Part shown: piece by piece, positions 14,683-28,740 of the stretch | How the letters are laid out: each line of letters opens with the position of its first letter | Position numbering within the stretch: the first letter of the stretch is position 1 | Assembly: GCA_965153355.1 (NCBI GenBank) | Contig: OZ231126.1 | Coordinates: forward strand, 38,502,001 to 38,566,000 | Direction: 5' to 3' | Length of the DNA: 64,000 nt | Source of the DNA: Flaccisagitta enflata | Taxonomy: Eukaryota | Translations under genes and position numbers: made by a program | Notes under the pieces: generated by a model | Told to the model about the DNA's origin: nothing | Seen by the model: the letters and a program-made list of their open reading frames with translations, nothing else | The model's database searches: none

Positions 14683-15468
14683 TACATGGTTACCCCAGTT
14701 CCGTGCAGGTAGGCAGGGGTAGTATTTGAGGTCACTAGACTATAAGGGCAGGGTTTTGAAAGAAAGTAAAAGTGGGATGGAATGACAGATTGACTGACCA
14801 ATAAGTGGACAGATGAACAAAGCTGGGTATATCGTCGCGTAATACGTAATCAAAAATCCAATGATCAAAAGCGAGAGAGGGGGGGGTAGAGATGGGGGGC
14901 CTGGCCAAAGGGGCTAGAGGGGGGGGCCGCCATTTCTCTCGCTGCCACTGAGTATACCTTCACCCTGCTAAGGTAATATGGGGGAGCAAAAATCATGAAG
15001 ATGACCATTGTCCTTTTTTCAAAAATCCCGCATCTTCTGTTTTTGTTCCCACAGAAATCACAGAAATCACAGAAATCAGCAAAATCCTGTATAGTTTTGT
15101 TACTAAAAAAAAAATTTAGAAAATCATGGTATTTGTGAGAATAAACCAGAATATCAGAATATAAACTTTAAAAGAGCTGGCTAAAAAAGCAAATAGACAA
15201 TTCCATGAAGAGAAAAAATGAGTTTTAGTTAATTCAAAGATTGTCAGCTTATAATTCATCCTACTGCATTACGCAAATTAGGTGCTCAAAATGGAATTGC
15301 TAAAAAATGGAAGATGAATGATTTTTCATTAAAAGACAATGGTAAGTATTATAAAGTTGGCCACACCACTCAGGTGTGCCAAATAGGAGTGATAACCGAT
15401 TTAAGCATTATAGTATTAACTTAAGATAGTGATTCTGATTTTAAAAGGTGAAAAGAAATACCCACTTT

Positions 15469-18400
15469 TGCTATGTGAAGCACCCAACTAGAGCATCAAG
15501 ATCAGCGATTTGTAAAGAATTTTAAGGTCACCCCCACCAGGTAATGGATCTCTTGCAATCACAATCATCACAATCATCGGTGTCGGAAAAGTGACGTCTA
15601 GGACATCCCCGGATCTCCCTGTCCATGGGGCAGAGATGCCAGTAAAAGAAAATGACCCGGCCATCCCTGAGGTTTTTGCTCCCCTACATCAATGATTACA
15701 ATCACGCTTTGGCGGTGCAATAAAGATATGCCATATGGTATAATCTTTAAAATTCACAAAGTATAGGAACCTCAGGTTTGTATGTAAATTGATTTTGTTT
15801 TGTGTTATCAAAATTTTGCTTCTTTTCGGCCCTTACTGATAAAAGCTATTGATTTAAGGTATGACGGCAAGTCCCCAAGAACAACAGCGAGCGCTTCAGC
15901 CTACTTTAAGTTCAATATGGCGTCATAAATCCCCTCACTAACAATTTCTTGGGTCAAGTAGTCACTATCTACATATAATATGTTAATATACACCTTTACA
16001 TTTACTTGAGAATGCAATTTAATACACAATTGGTACAAAATATGCAGCAAAAAAGTGGCAGTTGCGCGAGAAACCATTGACAATTTTTCCCACGACTCTA
16101 GACATCATAACATTTTTTCTGACAATCAATACAATTTCATCGCTACCCAAGCTGTTCCCATTCTCCATTGGGGGTCCCAACAAGATATCAAAGCGATGCT
16201 GGGGCCGATTTCTCATTATTTTTATCAGGGGAGAGGTCTAAACCTATGTACGTTAAGTGACAAAGACAATTTGCATAATCAGGGAAAAATCAGAAAAAAG
16301 TGGTATTTTGTGTGTAAAAATCATAGAAAACTGTTGCAGAAGCATCGAGTCAGCTCATCAGTGATCATTGACAGTGACTCACTAAAAAAATTTACTCTCA
16401 GGCAACCATACCAGCGAGAAAGCTGTAAAACTTCAGCAAAACTGCAGAGAAAAACAAACTTATAAAAAACTTTTTCCTGTGGTCGAAATTATAAGACGGC
16501 CAAATGCGGAGATTTTTTGCATTATCAAAAACATAGTTCTCTTCGCAATCAAAGAAGAGAACTGAGTTCTTCGTTTTTTTCATTTTTTCATTTTTTATGC
16601 AAACTTATAATTTCGACCAGCACCTTGTCAGTGGACAAAAAAGAAATTTGTAAAAATTTTCAGTATAACAACTTCAGTTTTATTGGCTTAATCTGAGTTT
16701 CTTGCTAAGTGGATGCAAATTTTACTTTCAGATATCATGCATGTCTAATCCCGATCACTTTTATTCACTTGTTTTTCTATTTTCACTTTTCCATTTTTTC
16801 CATTTAGACCTAAGTTGATACCCTAAATGTTGGCTTCGTAGGCTTGCTCTCGTATGAACACTACCAGCCAAAACACGGAATGAGTTGAGGTAGAATGATC
16901 GTCTCTCACTTTGATAGTTTTTGGGTCATTGTAGTGTGTACAATATAAATCTAAAGGAAACTAAATCACTTTTGGGGCGTTTTTTGAAATATATGCAAAA
17001 ATGGTGTAAATTTTGTATATTATTCATCATAACTCTTTGTGGTGATGTTTTCTGGTATTTCTGACTGCAGATTTGGATTCTGCGAGTGCTTTGCGGTTCG
17101 TTTGATATGTCACACTATATAATTTTGAAAAAGAAAACAAAAGTTAATTTTTTCATCATATTGCAATAAAATACATTTAGTTTCAATGATTCTATAAAGA
17201 AATAAGATTTAACTTCTTTTTCAAAAGTATAGAGTGTGACATACCAAACAAACCGCAAGCCACCCACTGAGTCCAAATCTGCGGTCAAAAATAATAAAAC
17301 AAATCATCACAAAGAGTGATGATGAAAAATATACTAAATTTATACTATTTTTGTATATATTTCAAAAAGTGCCCCAAAAATGATTTACTTCTTTTCAGAT
17401 TTGTATTATACACACCACAAGGACTTAAAACCTATCAGAGTTGTAGACGATCATTTCAAGTCAACTCATTCCGTGTTCTGGCGGACAGTGTGAAGTGGCA
17501 CATATATTAAGAAGAGCGAACGAATCTTGCCCTTCACGGGTGAAAAATAAAACTTTTTAGTAGCGTGCACGACACTTTAGAACTTGATATGTCTGTCAGC
17601 CAGTTGGTCCATCTGTCCATCCATCCTATCATTTTCAGTATATAATCTTTTTCGTCATCCTTAAGGTTGTTTTATATTGTAATTATATTAATACATAAAA
17701 ATGTACTAATGTCATCAGACAATTTTGTGGATGGGGTTATACTGTTGCACTGTCGGGCTTGTACTACAACGTTTTATTCTATGTGAAGCCTCCAACTAGA
17801 GCATCAAGATCAGCGATTTGCAAAGAATTTTAAGGTCACCCCCACCAAGTAATGGATCTCTTGCAATCACAATCATCACAATCATCGGTGTCGGGAAAGT
17901 GACGTCTAGGACAACCCCGGATCTCCCTGTACGTCGGGCAGATACGCCAGTAAAAGAAAATGGCCCAGACATCCCTGAGCTTTTTGCTCCCCTATACCAA
18001 TGATTACAATCACGCTTTGGCGGTACAATAAGGATATACCATATGGTATAATCTTACAATCTTACAAAGTATAGGAACCTCAGTTTTGTATGTAAATTGA
18101 TTTTGTTTCGTGTCATCATAATTTTGCTTCTTTTCGGCCCTTGCTGACAAAAGCTATTGATTTAAGGTATGAAGTGGCACATATATTAAGGAGGGCGAAC
18201 AAATCTTGCCCTTCACGGGGGGAAAATAAAACTTTTTAGTAGCATGCACGACACTCTTGAACTTGATATGTCCGTCAGCCAGTTGGTCCGTCCATCCGTC
18301 TATCCATCCTGTCATTTTCAGAATATAATCTTTTTCGTCATTCTTAAGGTCGCTTTATATTGTAATCATATTAATATGTAAAAATGTACTAATGTCATCA

Positions 18401-18480
18401 GGCAATTTTGTGGATGGGGGTTACACAGAGCACGCCCCTGTTGCACTGTTGGGCTTGTACTACATCATTTCATTCTATTC
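15469..18480. repeat. Local direct duplications: segment A 15469-15862 ~ 17779-18171; segment B 17491-17779 ~ 18171-18480
   Basis: CTATGTGAAGC.CCCAACTAGAGCATCAAG...TTTAAGGTATGA occurs twice, as does TGAAGTGGCACATATATTAAG...TACTACA. Confidence 0.88.
16864..17484. mobile_element. Palindromic MITE
   Basis: CCAGCCAAAACACGGAATGAGTTGA ... TCAACTCATTCCGTGTTCTGGCGG with inverted arms along most of its length. Confidence 0.7.
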
Positions 18481-18698
18481 TTTAGAAGAAATTAGTTACT
18501 TTCTCAACATCATTTTTGAAATACTTAGCGCCAGATGAAAGAAAAAATTCGTTGCTGGAAATGTTTTAAGATGTTTTCCTTTGAAATGAATTTAAAGTAT
18601 TGAAGCAATTGAAGACGCGGTGGGGCTTCAAGCACATCCTACTGAGATGCGCCTTCAGTCAAAGTGGAAGGCGGGCGGAATTGCCCGTCGAGGGGTCA

Positions 18699-18756
<58 letters not shown>

Positions 18757-19497
18757 CAGACAGAGACAGACAGAGACAGACAGAGACAGACAGAGACAGA
18801 CAGAGACAGACAGAGACAGACAGAGACAAACAGAGACAGACAGTGACAGAAAAAGACAGACAGCGACAGACAGAGACTGACAGACAGAGACTGACAGACA
18901 GAGACAGAGAGACAGAGACAGAAAGACAATGGCAGAAAGTGAAACGAAGAAAGAGACAAAGATATGCATGAGGTGACAGAGAGCCGTAACCAATCGGTTA
19001 AACATCGCGCCAAGTTTCTCACGCTGAAGGTGTTTTGATGGCACTGAATTGACATAAATGTGATGCCTTTTTGAAAACAACGATGAGTGAGACATTTACT
19101 CACGGGCCTACGTCAGCAAAGTTCTGAGATCAAAGGCCAAGTGGGCCAACGCCCAAACAGACAAACACCCTGACCTTATACAAAATTCTCCTGTGCAATG
19201 ACTATCCAATATCACTGTAAGAATGTCCAAATCCAAGGTACGGGCCATTGAGTCAAAGGCAGGTTCCCTTATTGGCCAAAAAAGAAATAGGACTGACGTC
19301 CGGCGATTGTTACTTGCTCTGCCTACAGTTCGCTCACTCGCGAATTTTTTTCAATATTTCCGGAACTTCAACAATAATGTTGATAATCAGCGATTCAAGC
19401 CCTACAAAAAGAACCACCACAGGCTCATTGTGGTCGATTGTTTTGGATGTGACACCCCCTTCTGCGATCTTAGTTCGTTGTTCCCATTGGGAGCAAA

Positions 19498-19548
<51 letters not shown>

Positions 19549-19842
19549 GCCTTCTGTCTTTCTCATGGCCACCATGAATTTGACCATTAGCTCACTGTAA
19601 AATCGCCCATTCTTTTCCACCTGGATCACCCTGGAACTCCACCTTTCTCTCGCTCGCTTCTACGTATGTTTCTATTCATCAGCTCCTCACAAAAAGCACA
19701 AAATCGTGGATACACACAAACACAAATAAAAAAAAAAAGCTTGTTACACTTTTGTTTGGGACCCCAAAGTCAATCAGATCATTACCAACCACCTCGACCT
19801 TTCTTTTTATTCATCCATTCATTCATACTCACATTCCTATTC

Positions 19843-19913
<71 letters not shown>

Positions 19914-20263
19914 AGCCTCCGAGCAGGGAAAGAACAGAAAAAAGAGATACCACCTGTGAGTGGAAAACAATGACCGCAAATTGGTCCTTTGTCGTTTTGG
20001 CTCGTTGTCTCCCCGATGGCCGAGAGGTCAGATGCATCTGGCGACAGAGGAGACGTGATGTGCTCTCTTCTCCAGTCTCTTCGGTCGCCGTACGAGCCCC
20101 TCCGTCTTCGACGTATCGCACCTGTGGCCGGTGACTGAGCGTGTGTATGTGTGTGTGACAGAGAGCGTGAGTGTTTATGTGTGTGTGTCGAGAGGATGAA
20201 AAGTTTAGGAGAGCAAAACAGGAGAAAAACTCAAAAATTCAGCTGGTCGAGTTTTTATTCGAG

Positions 20264-20314
<51 letters not shown>

Positions 20315-21258
20315 ACCAGGTTTTCTATCTTAATCGCTTAGCAACAGTGGCAACATTTCTATGACAGTGAGACAAATTTTGATCAGAATTCCTTCTGTCT
20401 TTACTTCTTTTAGTTATAGTTTTGTCTTTCCATCAACATACTCAGATCTCGCTTGCTTTTATTAGCAAGCGAACTTGAGCTCCGTCACAGCGCTAAAATC
20501 CTGTAGTTAGATATTGACATTTTCTGCTCGCGAAACATGAGTTATATACAAAAACATTGTAATATTTTTAGTAATAAAAGTGAACTTACATAAAGAGACA
20601 GCTAGACAAACGTTCCTAGTGGGCAGGTGGCCTTACAGCGAGAAAAAAAAGCCGAAAAAAACGACATGTTCCTCGGGTATGAAAGTCAAAATATTAAGAC
20701 ATCTTTGACTTGATTAAACGGGTATTCAAAACTGAGGTCCCCTCGAGTTTCCGAGATATGTTGTAGAAGAGACAAAATGCTGTCTGAAACTGTTTTTGTT
20801 TAAGATTTTCTCCGATGGTATCTTACCGTAATCATCATTTCTTTAAGCGAAGGTTAAGCATAAAAATAAAGAAAATCGCAGATTCTGTTTTGAATTGCAG
20901 AAAAGTAGACTCTGTGGAGAACGAGATTTTCTACACTGCTATCGTTTAAATATATAAGTCTAGAATATATAAAAATGGATCAAGGCTTAATTTTTTTTTT
21001 GACAAATAGTATTATGATTTATGAATAGCTTATAAAGGGATTTCCGTCTGAAAATGATAATTGACATAATACAAAATTTTCGCTACCTCATACTACTTTT
21101 ATGCCTGACATAGATCGTTGGTTCACATTTCCTTTTTCCCTTTCTCATCATTTCTGTACTTTTCCAAATTGTTTTACACGCACACATCGATATTCCCTCC
21201 CCCAATCATTTTTTGCATGTATAGGGCCTGTCTGTCTATCAGTCCTTCAGTCGATTTA

Positions 21259-21319
<61 letters not shown>

Positions 21320-23186
21320 AAATCTCATCAGAATTGTGTCCGATGCAACATCCTAGAAGGATTACGAAAAAGATTAACAGATTTGGATTCTCTGGGCCAA
21401 GAAGAATCCAAGGAGTGGAACGGGCCACTGAATCCATGTGAAAACCGTTCCTCACTCTCTCTTTCTCTCTCTCTCCCCTGTATCAAATGCCTCCTAACAT
21501 CGGAAGGCTATGTCTGTCTGTCTGTCTGTCCGTCGAAAGTTCGGATTGAAATGAACCATGTTCAACTAACTTTGCTAACCTAACCCTTTGACATCTTTTT
21601 TTTTCTCAACACTCTATAGGAGGCTTTTTTCGTCCGTCGGTCCGTTGGTCCGTCCGTCGGTCCATTGGTCACTTTGTCTGTCTGTCCGTGGATATGAGTT
21701 AAAAAGTGGGAAACTAGCATTCTAGATGCTTTTTGTGTATGGGTGTGGTGTGTGAATGGAGATTGGACGCCCCTGCCCACCCGTCCGCAACGATATTGTG
21801 ACCCCCGCCTCACTTTTTTTTCGCGTCCTTTCTGCCCTATGAAACCGCGTGTCCATGACTTTTTCAGTAGGTGGGTGATAATTTTGTCAGGGACTAAGAG
21901 AGAGAGAGAAAAAGAGAAATAAAAAAAAGTAAGAAAGTCAATGCGGTTGAAAACGGAGGTTTTCTAAATGGCCGGATACACGGATACCCCAGTCGCGTGC
22001 GGGTGGGCAGGGGCCCTATTTGAGGTCACTAGACCATTTGGGCAGGAGCAGTAATGTGACCGAATTAAAAAACATAGAAAAAAGTAAAGTGAAACCGACC
22101 GACCGACGGACAAAGCGGGGTGATAGACAGTAAGATAGACATGCGGAACTATATAGGCGTGTTTTGAGTTGTGGGTCAGAGCTTGAAAGAGGCAGGAAAG
22201 TGATTGTTCTTGAGACGGAAGTTGTGATTACGATCAATCGTACAACGATAAAAGACAAAATCTTGATAACGACAATACAAGGACAGCGACAACAGGGACA
22301 TCGACAGCAAGGGCAACAACGACTGCTGCTCAGCGTCGCGAAAGGTTCAACCTAGATAACCAAAAGAAAACGCTACTAACTCGGAATACACATCATATCG
22401 CTTAACGATCGCACAATGATACTTGATCAAAGTCAGTGTTTACTTGCGTCATCAAAAGGTTGCTTAACCAATTGGGCCTTTTGCTTGGGCATATTGATAT
22501 GAGCAGCGTTCGATGGGATGGAATTTTTGCTGGCAGTTTTTCTCTTTTTCATCTTGTTTTTTTTTTTTGGGGGGGGGGGGCAGCGGCCCCAGAGCCTTTA
22601 ATTTCTACTTCATTGCATTTTCTAGGCCAATCTCCCAAAATTGCTGTACGTGGGTGTAGGGATGGTGACCCTTTTGGTCCTTCCAATAAATCCCATCTCT
22701 TCTTCGCAAATTCAAGCCATAAGACCTGAGAACCAAAATTCCGAAAATATATCGACCAATAAGTGTCAACTTTCATATATTCTGATGAATATAGTGCAGG
22801 TGAGTGAAGGGCTTAAGGCCATGGGCTTCCATTCCATCTCAGCTGCGCTCTCCCATTCCTTTCACGTCATCCTGTTCAAAGTACAAACACCTGTTTTGGC
22901 TAATACGGAGCCCTGTGCTGCTGTCTTAGCTTCAAAGTAAACAGGTAAATATATGCGATCAACAAAACGAGAGGGATGGGAAAAGTAGAAAGAGAATAAA
23001 AAATAGAAAAGAAAAAGCCAAGAAAAGTAAAGAAAAGAATTCCGGAGGCAACAACGGTGATCCAAAACTCATTAAATTTCAATTTCATTTTCATCCTTTT
23101 GAAATGTTTAATCTGTTTGATCCCACTTCTATTCTTCGTGTCGAACACAAACCAACTTTCCTAATCCGAAGCACCAACACAGACAC

Positions 23187-23284
<98 letters not shown>

Positions 23285-23697
23285 TATTCAAACACACAGA
23301 GGAATCTCATATTTTCTCTTAAATCTTTTGTATGCATCTCGCAAATTCCATGGAAAATAACAATGTTTTTTAGATGCGTCCTCCCATCTCTATAATAGGT
23401 TGTGTCCGTTGGTCTGTCTGTTGGTCGGTAACGCATTTATAAAAAATATCAAAATCAAGCATTTTTTCAACAGAAAAGTGGTTCTGACCCAGTAAAAGAA
23501 GCATACATCTAGTAATTCATTCATTAAATCATTAATTCATTCATAAATGACATTCATTCATAAAAAAACATTCATTCATAAAAAACATTCATTCATAAAA
23601 AACATTCATTCAAGGAGGACGCATCTTTGGCCTACTTGGCCTTGTTTCTTTCCATTTTACTGATTTGGTCAACTGATGAAACCTATTGTAACGCTTT

Positions 23698-24352
23698 TTT
23701 GGGCAGCGGCCCTGAAGGAGACGAAGTCATGTAGAACACGCGGGGACCGGGCACCGGGGAACTGTTCGTCCATCCGTCTGTCCTTCTGTTTGTCCCCCCA
23801 TTTGCCCTCTCAGGCTTGAAATCTGTCCTCTCAGGCCTGAAATCTACCCTCTCAGGCCTGAAATCTGCCCTCTCAGGCCTGAAATCTGCCTTCTCAGGCC
23901 TGAATTCTGCCATCTCATGCCTGAAATCTGCCCTCTCAGGCCTGATATCTGCCATTTCATGCCTGAAATCTACCCTCTCAGGTTTGAAATCTTCCATCTC
24001 AGGTCCAAAATCTGTCCACACTGACCTGTAATCAGCCCCCTCAGGCCTGAAACTGGCCCACTCAGACCTGAAATTGGCCCCCTCAGACCTGAAATCTACC
24101 CTCTTAGGCTTCTCAGGCATCATCTCAGCCCTCAGGCCTTGAATCCGCTATCTCAGGCCTCAAATCAGCCATTTCAGGCCACCAATCTACCCGCACAGGC
24201 CATTAGCCGTTTCAGGACGAACAAAAGTCCCCCTGTTCTACACGACTTCATCCCCTTTGGGGCCGTTGCCCTGCTTCCCCTCACTGCAATTCATAATCAT
24301 GCAAAGCAGGGCAACGGGTATCGCTGACCACATATTGCCCTTGGGCGACCTG
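23698..24352 (+). mobile_element. HINE/DINE-1-like family A copy with 21-bp AAATCTGCCCTCTCAGGCCTG array
   Basis: Same termini and hairpin; well-conserved 21-bp tandem array at 23803-24110. Confidence 0.75.
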
Positions 24353-25146
24353 TTTTTGTTTGCGATAACCATATGAAACAATTTGTTTCTTGTTGCGGAC
24401 ATGCAACTCTATATGAGGCTTTGTCCGTCGGTGTGATTGAGTCGAAAAGTGGAAAAATGAGCGTTTTGGATACTATTTGGGCAGCGGCCCCAAAGGGCCC
24501 ATGTCCTGTAGGACACGGGTGAATTTCCGTCCGTCCATCCGTCCGTCCCTCCGTCCGTCCATCCGTCCGTCCCTCCGTCCATCCGTCCGTACGTCCGTCC
24601 GTACATCTGTCCGTACGTCCGTCCGTACGTCCATCCGTTTCCCCCCCCTCCTGAAGCTTCTCAAGCCTCAAATGACTAAAAAAAAAAGAAAGTGTGACGG
24701 AAAGACCAACCAGACGAACGGTCAAACCAGGGTGAAGTCGCGTGCACGCGTCTAAAAAGACATGTTGCAGTGGAATACCGCAACAGAGTGGTGCAACTAT
24801 ATTTGTGTGCATTGGCCTGATCGATATGACGTCATTGTGCGCGAGTCTCTCAGATTCCGGTCCAGGTGTGACAAAAAAGAAGATTTAAGAAGACGCAGAG
24901 TCAAGGATTCTTCCTCTTTGGTCTCTATCCAGCTTTGCCACACACACACACATCTAATACATGCACACATAATCACATCTGCCTGAATAGAATTTCTGTC
25001 TCTTCATCCGTGCGTCTGTTGCTTAGTTGTCCCAAACGTCCAATGTTCAGTCAGTCCGGTGATCCATTAATCCAGTAGTTCCGTCGGTCGGTCGGTCAGT
25101 TGGTCGGTCTGTGCATTACCATTTAAGTTTGTTCGTCATTGTCGCT

Positions 25147-25678
25147 TTTTGGGCAGTGGTTCGAAGGGGACAAAGTCCTGTAGAACACAGGGGGACTTAT
25201 GTTCATCCTTCCGTCTGTTTGTTTGTCTGTTCATCCCCCCAAAGCCCTCACAGGCCTGAAATCTGCCTCTCAGGCTTGAAATCTACCCTCTCAGGCCTGA
25301 AATCTACCCTCTCAGGCCTGAAATCTGCCCTCTCAGGTCATGAATCTGACCTTTCAGGACTGAAATCTGCCCTTTCAGGTCTGAAATTGGCCCTCTCTGG
25401 CCTTAAATCTGCCCTCTCAGATTCAAGGCCTAAGAGGGTAGATTTCAGACCTGAGGGGGTAGATTTTGGGCTTGAGAGGGCAGATTTAAGTCCTATGAGG
25501 GCCTTGGGGGTTGGATGGACGGATTGACAAACTGATAGACGAACAAAAATCCCCCTGTGTTCTGTAGGACTGCTTCCCCTTCAGAGCTACTGCCCTGCTT
25601 CCTCTCACCCCAATTCACAATCATGCAAAGCAGGGCAACGGGTAACGCTGACCACATATTGCCCTGAGGCGACCTGTT
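25147..25678 (+). mobile_element. HINE/DINE-1-like family A copy
   Basis: Same termini, 21-bp array and 3' GCAGGGCAACGGGTAACGCTGACCA. Confidence 0.7.
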
Positions 25679-26424
25679 GGCTTTTTGCTCTTCGCCCAAA
25701 AGGTGTTGTGCGTCCAGCAATCTTAAATCTCTCTTTACACCAGCCTCATCGATTTACGTTGCTAAAGAATAAACACCCTTTCTAGCTCTAACAAGTTACA
25801 CGGGGTTACAATATCGTTGGGGATGGGTGGACAGGGGCGTCCAACCCCATTTGACACACCCTTCCACACCCCCTCACTCAAACAGTATCCAAAATGCGCG
25901 TTTTCAGACATTTCGTCTTGATCATCATGGACTAACGGACTTATGGACCCACGGACTGACAGACCAAAGGACGGACAATGCCTTTTACAGAGTCGCAAAT
26001 CTGCGACTAAAAATTGAGACAACATAGGAAAAGTCTAGAATTTGGGCAGTCGCCCCAAAGGGTTTGATGACCTATGCTTTCACACATATGGGGAATTTTC
26101 TTCTCCTCCTCCATCTCCATGCTCCATCAGTCCATCTGTTCTTCCCCCCTCCCTCCGACTTTGTGTAGAAATTGGAGAGGAGAGGAGAGGAAGAGGAGAA
26201 AATTCCTCATATGTGTGCAAGCATAGATCACAGATCCCTTCAGGCCGCTCCCCTGCTCCCTCCCTCAACTAAGCAGGGCACGGTTACCTCTGACCATGAC
26301 CATCTAACGCTTTTGCAAATATCGGATACATCCTCGTATCTCTATGAGAGAGTATTTCCGCAGGTCAGTCCGTCAGTGTGTAGATCCATCTTCAGTATCC
26401 TCAGTCGCAGAATGCACCCGCAAA

Positions 26425-27025
26425 CGCACTGGCATGTGCTTGCTGTTGTGTAATGAAGTACAACCATCGACGCGTATGTGGTTACTGTTGTATAACATAG
26501 TTCAACCATCGACTGGCATGTGCTTGTTGTTATGTGATGTAGTACAACCATCGACTGGCATGTGCTTGCTGTTGTGTAATGAAGTATAACCATCAACTGG
26601 CATGGGCTTGCTGTTGTGTAATGAAGTACAACCATTGACTGGCATGGGCTTGCTGTTGTGTAATGAAGTACAACCATCTACGCGTATGTGGTTACTGTTG
26701 TATAACGTAGTTCAATCATCGACTGGCATGTGCTTGTTGTTATGTGATGTAGTACAACCATCGACTGGCATGTGCTTGCTGTTGTGTAATGAAGTACAAC
26801 CATCGACTGGCATGGGCTTGCTGTTGTGTAATGAGGTACAACCATCGACTGGCATGGGCTTGCTGTTGTGTAATGTAGAACAACCATCGACTGGCATGTG
26901 CTTGTTGTTGTGTGATGTAGTACAACCATTGACGGGCATGTGCTTGTTGTTGTGTTATGTAGTACAGCCATTGACTGGCATGTGCTTGCTGTTGTGTAAT
27001 GTAGAACAACCATCGACTGGCATGT
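26425..27025. repeat. 39-bp tandem minisatellite (~15 copies)
   Basis: GACTGGCATGTGCTTGCTGTTGTGTAATGAAGTACAACCATC repeated. Confidence 0.95.
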
Positions 27026-27403
27026 GATTGCCACTGTAAAGAAGCACTTCCATTGAATAACAGGTGCAAAGAAACCAAGGAAGTAAACGCTTCCTTATTT
27101 TATTTTCATTCTGCTGGGTCATTTAAACTTAACAAAGTATTGTATTCTCTTGAATTTAGTTCTTTTTTTTTCAAAAGGCACAAAAGAATGTTTTGGGATT
27201 ACTTCCAGGTGTGCAGTTGGACCAGCTTTAAGCTGGACATTTTTTTTTTCAATTTGCGTGAATTAAGGTCAAACTTTCTGCCCCTCTCTCCTCTCTCTCC
27301 TCTTCTGTCCGCCCGTCTGGATTTTTGTCCATATCAACATTTTCGATTATCAATGTTTTGCAGCCTATTTCTGTGTCTCATCAGCTCTGTTGGTTTTTCT
27401 GTC

Positions 27404-27452
<49 letters not shown>

Positions 27453-27664
27453 TCTCTTAATGTAAGAGAGGTCGTCATTGGTAACGCCCGTGATTTCAAT
27501 TCCAGCTGCAGTGTTTTTCTTACCTCTTAATGAGTCCTATACACAGGACAAACTAAAGTAGAATCTGACCGTTAAAGTAAAACGCTGTGTAATTTTCCAT
27601 TTCATTTGCGTGAATGATCACGACTTTAATGATACCTAGAATAATCACATTTTCTTTGTTAGTA

Positions 27665-28113
27665 CACTCTTTTCACTGAGTAAGGACAAATTTTGTAAGG
27701 ACAAATTTCATAAGGACATGAGGCTGAAATTTTGCCAAAATTTAACAACATTTTAAGGACAGGCCCCAGCTTCAGATTTAAAGAAAATTTGATTTCACAT
27801 TCCAGATTTGAATCATTTTTGTAAAAATTATCATAAAATGTATCTTCAGAATAAAAACTAGTACTAATCTATTTTTTCAAACATTGAATTTGCTTATTTT
27901 GTAAATAAATACAGATTAATCAGTGCATTCAATCTTCGTAAATCAATTTTTAATCCTAAAAAAAAGTTTTTATGATTCTTATTCATTTAAAGAATGAGAA
28001 CTACAAAAAATATTAAGGACATGTTTAGAACATTTCAGCCTTAAATCTACAAACATTTAAGGACGTCCCAGCTTCAGAAAAAATTGACTGGTCCTTAAAA
28101 ACTGAAAAGAGTG
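27665..28113. mobile_element. MITE
   Basis: CACTCTTTTCA..TAAGGAC ... GTCCTTA..TGAAAAGAGTG inverted termini. Confidence 0.65.
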
Positions 28114-28515
28114 CATGCAAACGTTTAAAAGTGTGCGTCGATCCCCCAAATTTGACATCATTGTGCATAGACCACACATTCGTTTCTCGTCAGTTACCCT
28201 GGTAGCAACTCGTTGGCACCCATGATATGCTATATCTCCTCCTTCTCTTTCACCTCCTCCTCTTCCCTTCACAAAACAAGGCCAAGTTAGCCAACGTTCT
28301 CCTTGCATGAATGAATGAATGAATGAATGAATGAATGAATGAATGAATGAATGAATGAATGAATGAATGAATGAATGAATGAATGAATGAATAAATGAAT
28401 GAATGACTGAATGATGCAGACAGACTAGACAGACAGACAGGCAACCGACCAGACCAACCGACAAACATACAATTTGCGAGGACGCTTGAAAAGAGCGCGA
28501 GTGAGAAGAGAGTAC

Positions 28516-28569
28516 CTGGCACAAGATCGTCCCTTTCGCGAACTTCTCCACCCCGATGAGGGGACACAG
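28516..28569 (-). other. Candidate 54-nt exon resembling the start of a cyclic-nucleotide-binding domain (LCPLIGVEKFAKGTILCQ)
   Basis: CAG acceptor downstream of a long pyrimidine tract and a CAG|GTAC donor. The motif resembles the cNMP-domain pattern 'ExfxKGTxLfxQGD'. Confidence 0.25.
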
Positions 28570-28627
28570 CTGAGCCAGATGGGACACCGGCAAATATGTA
28601 TTTCAAGATCGAAAACGACGAGAGAAT

Positions 28628-28740
<113 letters not shown>

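Noticed and set aside
16055-16465. 136-aa ORF
   Set aside because: No recognisable domain; AT-rich region between duplicated segments, probably decayed transposon sequence.
22549-23065. Short ORFs with coding-like composition
   Set aside because: Stops in all frames and no consistent splice model or recognisable motif.
23683-24123. 146-aa ORF with 7-aa repeats (RPERADF)
   Set aside because: Translation of the 21-bp central array of a dispersed element.
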